Assembly: GCA_031370005.1 (NCBI GenBank)
Contig: JANMPT010000110.1
Coordinates: forward strand, 1-64,000
Direction of reading: 5' to 3'
DNA length: 64,000 nucleotides
Origin: Bdellovibrionales bacterium
GTDB taxonomy: Bacteria > Bdellovibrionota > Bdellovibrionia > Bdellovibrionales > Bdellovibrionaceae
Made by a program: the position numbers and the translations under genes. The notes under the pieces are model-generated. The model ran no database searches, was not told the origin of the DNA, and saw nothing but the letters and a program-made list of their open reading frames with translations. Below are positions 61,857 through 64,000 of this stretch, in pieces. Position 1 is the stretch's first letter; the number at the start of each line of letters is the position of its first letter.

Positions 61857-62030
61857 ATGGAGAAGCTCTTTTACGAATGCAGGCCGCATCTCTATGTTGC
61901 ATTGTCTATCTGGACATTCCTTAAATTAGGTGATTCTCAGCTTGCCACGGCCTCGGCAATGGCTCTGATGTTCTGTGGGCTTCTCGTTTTGCAGATGCGC
62001 TATGACTACCGTCGGAGTCGCAATAAATAG
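61857..62030 (+). CDS. 57-aa two-TM microprotein (not in ORF track)
   Basis: AGGGGGA SD; MEKLFYECRPHLYVALSIWTFLKLGDSQLATASAMALMFCGLLVLQMRYDYRRSRNK. Confidence 0.7.
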   Translation: MEKLFYECRPHLYVALSIWTFLKLGDSQLATASAMALMFCGLLVLQMRYDYRRSRNK

Positions 62031-62052
62031 ATATCCATGTTAGAGCTGACAT

Positions 62053-62730
62053 ATGCTCAAAAGTCACGACTATACCCAATCGACGATGCGAGAAAAGGAA
62101 ACGGCAAGAGTGGAAGCATTCAGTGATGGGGTTTTTGCCATTGCCATAACGCTGCTTATTCTTGAAATAAAAGTGCCTCGTTTAGGCCAAGGGGCTTCGG
62201 GGCACGACTTGCTAGCTACGTTATTGGACTTGTGGCCGTCGTTTGTGGCTTTTCTAGGAAGTTTCTTGGCAATCCTTATTATGTGGATCAATCATCATGG
62301 ACTGTTTAAACTGATCAACCGTGTCGACTCACAGCTTTTTTTCGCTAATGGACTCTTGCTCATGCTCGTGAGCTTTGTGCCTTTCCCGACGGCCGTCTTG
62401 GCTGAATACCTCAATGGTCAGGGCGCAAATGTAGCCGCAGTGTTTTATTGTGGTACATTTGTTTTGATCAGCGGGGCCTATAATCTATTGTGGTATATAG
62501 CAACTCACCAACGGAGACTAATCAAGGAAGAGGTTCCACAGAAGCTTATCATTAAAATCCGAAAAGCATATCTGATAGCGTTTCCGATCTACATTAGTGC
62601 CATGTTGTTTTCTGCCTGGAGTGCTTTTGGTGGTTTGGCCATTGTTTTATCGCTGTGGGTTCTGTGGACCGTGCTGGACTACAACCACGCCCCGGGGATG
62701 GAGCCAACAGATAGCGGACTGAGTGAGTGA
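62053..62730 (+). CDS. TMEM175/DUF1211 family potassium channel
   Basis: RVEAFSDGVFAIAITLL, WINHH, FVPFPT. Confidence 0.93.
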   Translation: MLKSHDYTQSTMREKETARVEAFSDGVFAIAITLLILEIKVPRLGQGASGHDLLATLLDLWPSFVAFLGSFLAILIMWINHHGLFKLINRVDSQLFFANGLLLMLVSFVPFPTAVLAEYLNGQGANVAAVFYCGTFVLISGAYNLLWYIATHQRRLIKEEVPQKLIIKIRKAYLIAFPIYISAMLFSAWSAFGGLAIVLSLWVLWTVLDYNHAPGMEPTDSGLSE

Positions 62731-63621
62731 GTGTTTACTCTCGATAAGGTTTTTCTCATTTTATTTTGTATTGTTAGGTTGGAGATTGCCAGCGCCTTTC
62801 CTCTTTCTATCAAGAACTCTGACTGTGCTTGTCGTTCTGGCAAGACCACTGATTCGCTGGAAGATCCTCTAAGTTATAATTTTGGTAAATTCAATGGTCA
62901 GTGCATAGATTCCTGTCGATTCAGGCCGACTCGTATCATCCATTCCGAGTATAAAAAGATTAAGGTTGGTAATGTTCTTCATCGCGGTATATTTCGTTCA
63001 GGCGTAATTTCATTGGATGATATTAAAGGCGTTGATGCAGGCTTTGAGGAATTTATGCCTGGTATTTACCATGTATTTCTCAAATTTCATTTTTTCGAAG
63101 GCAACCCTCCGCTTCAATTTTTTAGTCAAATCGAGCCTCATCAGCCGGCTATTGAAACCCGCACTCTCGTTTTGTCCCCGGAGGCAGCTCCCCCCAAAAA
63201 TCACAAATACAATCTAATTGACGCCTTTCTTGGGCATTACCTATTAGTGAATCGATTGGTTACTGGTGAGGAGATGGAGCGATGGGCGAGCAAGTATAAA
63301 CATCAAGTTAAATTTTTTCCGCTTCAGCTATCACCTGAACAAGCCTCTAAGATTTTACTTCGCGGCGTGCAGGAGAGTAACCAGTTGATGTTTGAAAATA
63401 ACTATCAACTTTTCACTAATAATTGTTCTACATCTGCCTTTGCTTTAATTGATTTTGCAATAGGCAATACGGCGAACACGGGTTCGGTGTGGAGCAGGTT
63501 CGAGGAGGCATTGCCTATTGCCGGGCCAATTGGCACCCTTCACGCGTTGACAGTGCGCGGGCTCGTGAGTACTCCCCAAGCCTTTACAAATCAAACGAAA
63601 AAAGTTTTAACTTCTCATTAG
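62731..63621 (+). CDS. exported DUF4105-like (papain-like His/Cys) protein
   Basis: Signal peptide, YHVFLKF, YQLFTNNCST. Confidence 0.7.
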   Translation: MFTLDKVFLILFCIVRLEIASAFPLSIKNSDCACRSGKTTDSLEDPLSYNFGKFNGQCIDSCRFRPTRIIHSEYKKIKVGNVLHRGIFRSGVISLDDIKGVDAGFEEFMPGIYHVFLKFHFFEGNPPLQFFSQIEPHQPAIETRTLVLSPEAAPPKNHKYNLIDAFLGHYLLVNRLVTGEEMERWASKYKHQVKFFPLQLSPEQASKILLRGVQESNQLMFENNYQLFTNNCSTSAFALIDFAIGNTANTGSVWSRFEEALPIAGPIGTLHALTVRGLVSTPQAFTNQTKKVLTSH

Positions 63622-64000
63622 CTGAAGGGCCCAATAGTATAATTCTATTTTTATTTGGCGATATATCTATTTGCCAGGGCCCATGATCGCCGTAGCTAAG
63701 TTTCAGCGGTGGTCGACCATCAATCGGAACAAAAACAGCTTCGTCAATTGAATGCAAAGTGCCTAGGGTCAGCGCAAATCCGATGTTTGCAGTTTTTAGA
63801 TTTGAAACTGATCCATAAACACTGGGGAACTCATTGATTAGAGGGCAATCTGTTGCGCCTTTGATTGAATAAAAACGGTAAATTTTAAGAAAATCATCAT
63901 ATGTAAAAAGATAAAGTTTTTGATTTGGCAAAACACTAACAAATAATTTACGTCCGACAGTTGCTTCACAGAATTTTGTTGATGATCCTGTTTTTAAATC
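63584..64000 (-). CDS. 3' part of a hypothetical protein (truncated by window end)
   Basis: Frame of the 63584..63931 ORF stays open to base 64000. Confidence 0.55.
   Translation of the reverse strand, partial: DLKTGSSTKFCEATVGRKLFVSVLPNQKLYLFTYDDFLKIYRFYSIKGATDCPLINEFPSVYGSVSNLKTANIGFALTLGTLHSIDEAVFVPIDGRPPLKLSYGDHGPWQIDISPNKNRIILLGPSANEKLKLFSFDL

Noticed and set aside
1..64000. tRNA/rRNA genes, IS elements, prophage, defence systems
   Set aside because: None recognised by eye; tRNAscan/ISEScan/DefenseFinder were not run

Overview
Bacterial chromosomal segment, most likely Bdellovibrionota. This is an inference from the TIGR02147/DUF4423-type HTH genes, FNNC lipobox lipoproteins, small PilZ and YkuD_2 genes and a KP-43-type subtilase. 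The right two-thirds is mainly housekeeping (tatD, tcdA, DHS-like, fbaB, lysS, recG, carD, gltX, cysS, uvrBC, murJ). The left 27 kb holds three accessory modules. (1) A minus-strand urate/purine-catabolism operon (9190->1519): a PuuD-type membrane urate oxidase whose usual cytochrome c domain appears replaced by a cupredoxin-like (His/Cys/His/Met) domain, a HIU hydrolase, and a 1567-aa fusion of malate synthase + OHCU decarboxylase + beta-lactamase-fold serine hydrolase + allantoicase, followed by a coupled aldo-keto reductase. No known allantoinase is in the window, and the serine hydrolase domain sits exactly at that missing step, making it a candidate new allantoinase class. This is the strongest finding. 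(2) A sugar cassette (GH39, GH144, flavoprotein disulfide reductase, glucose-1-DH, ASRT, 6PGDH). (3) A four-gene exported cytochrome c/Tat-protein module. I saw no rRNA, tRNA, CRISPR array or transposase. All family calls come from motif recognition by eye, not from database searches.
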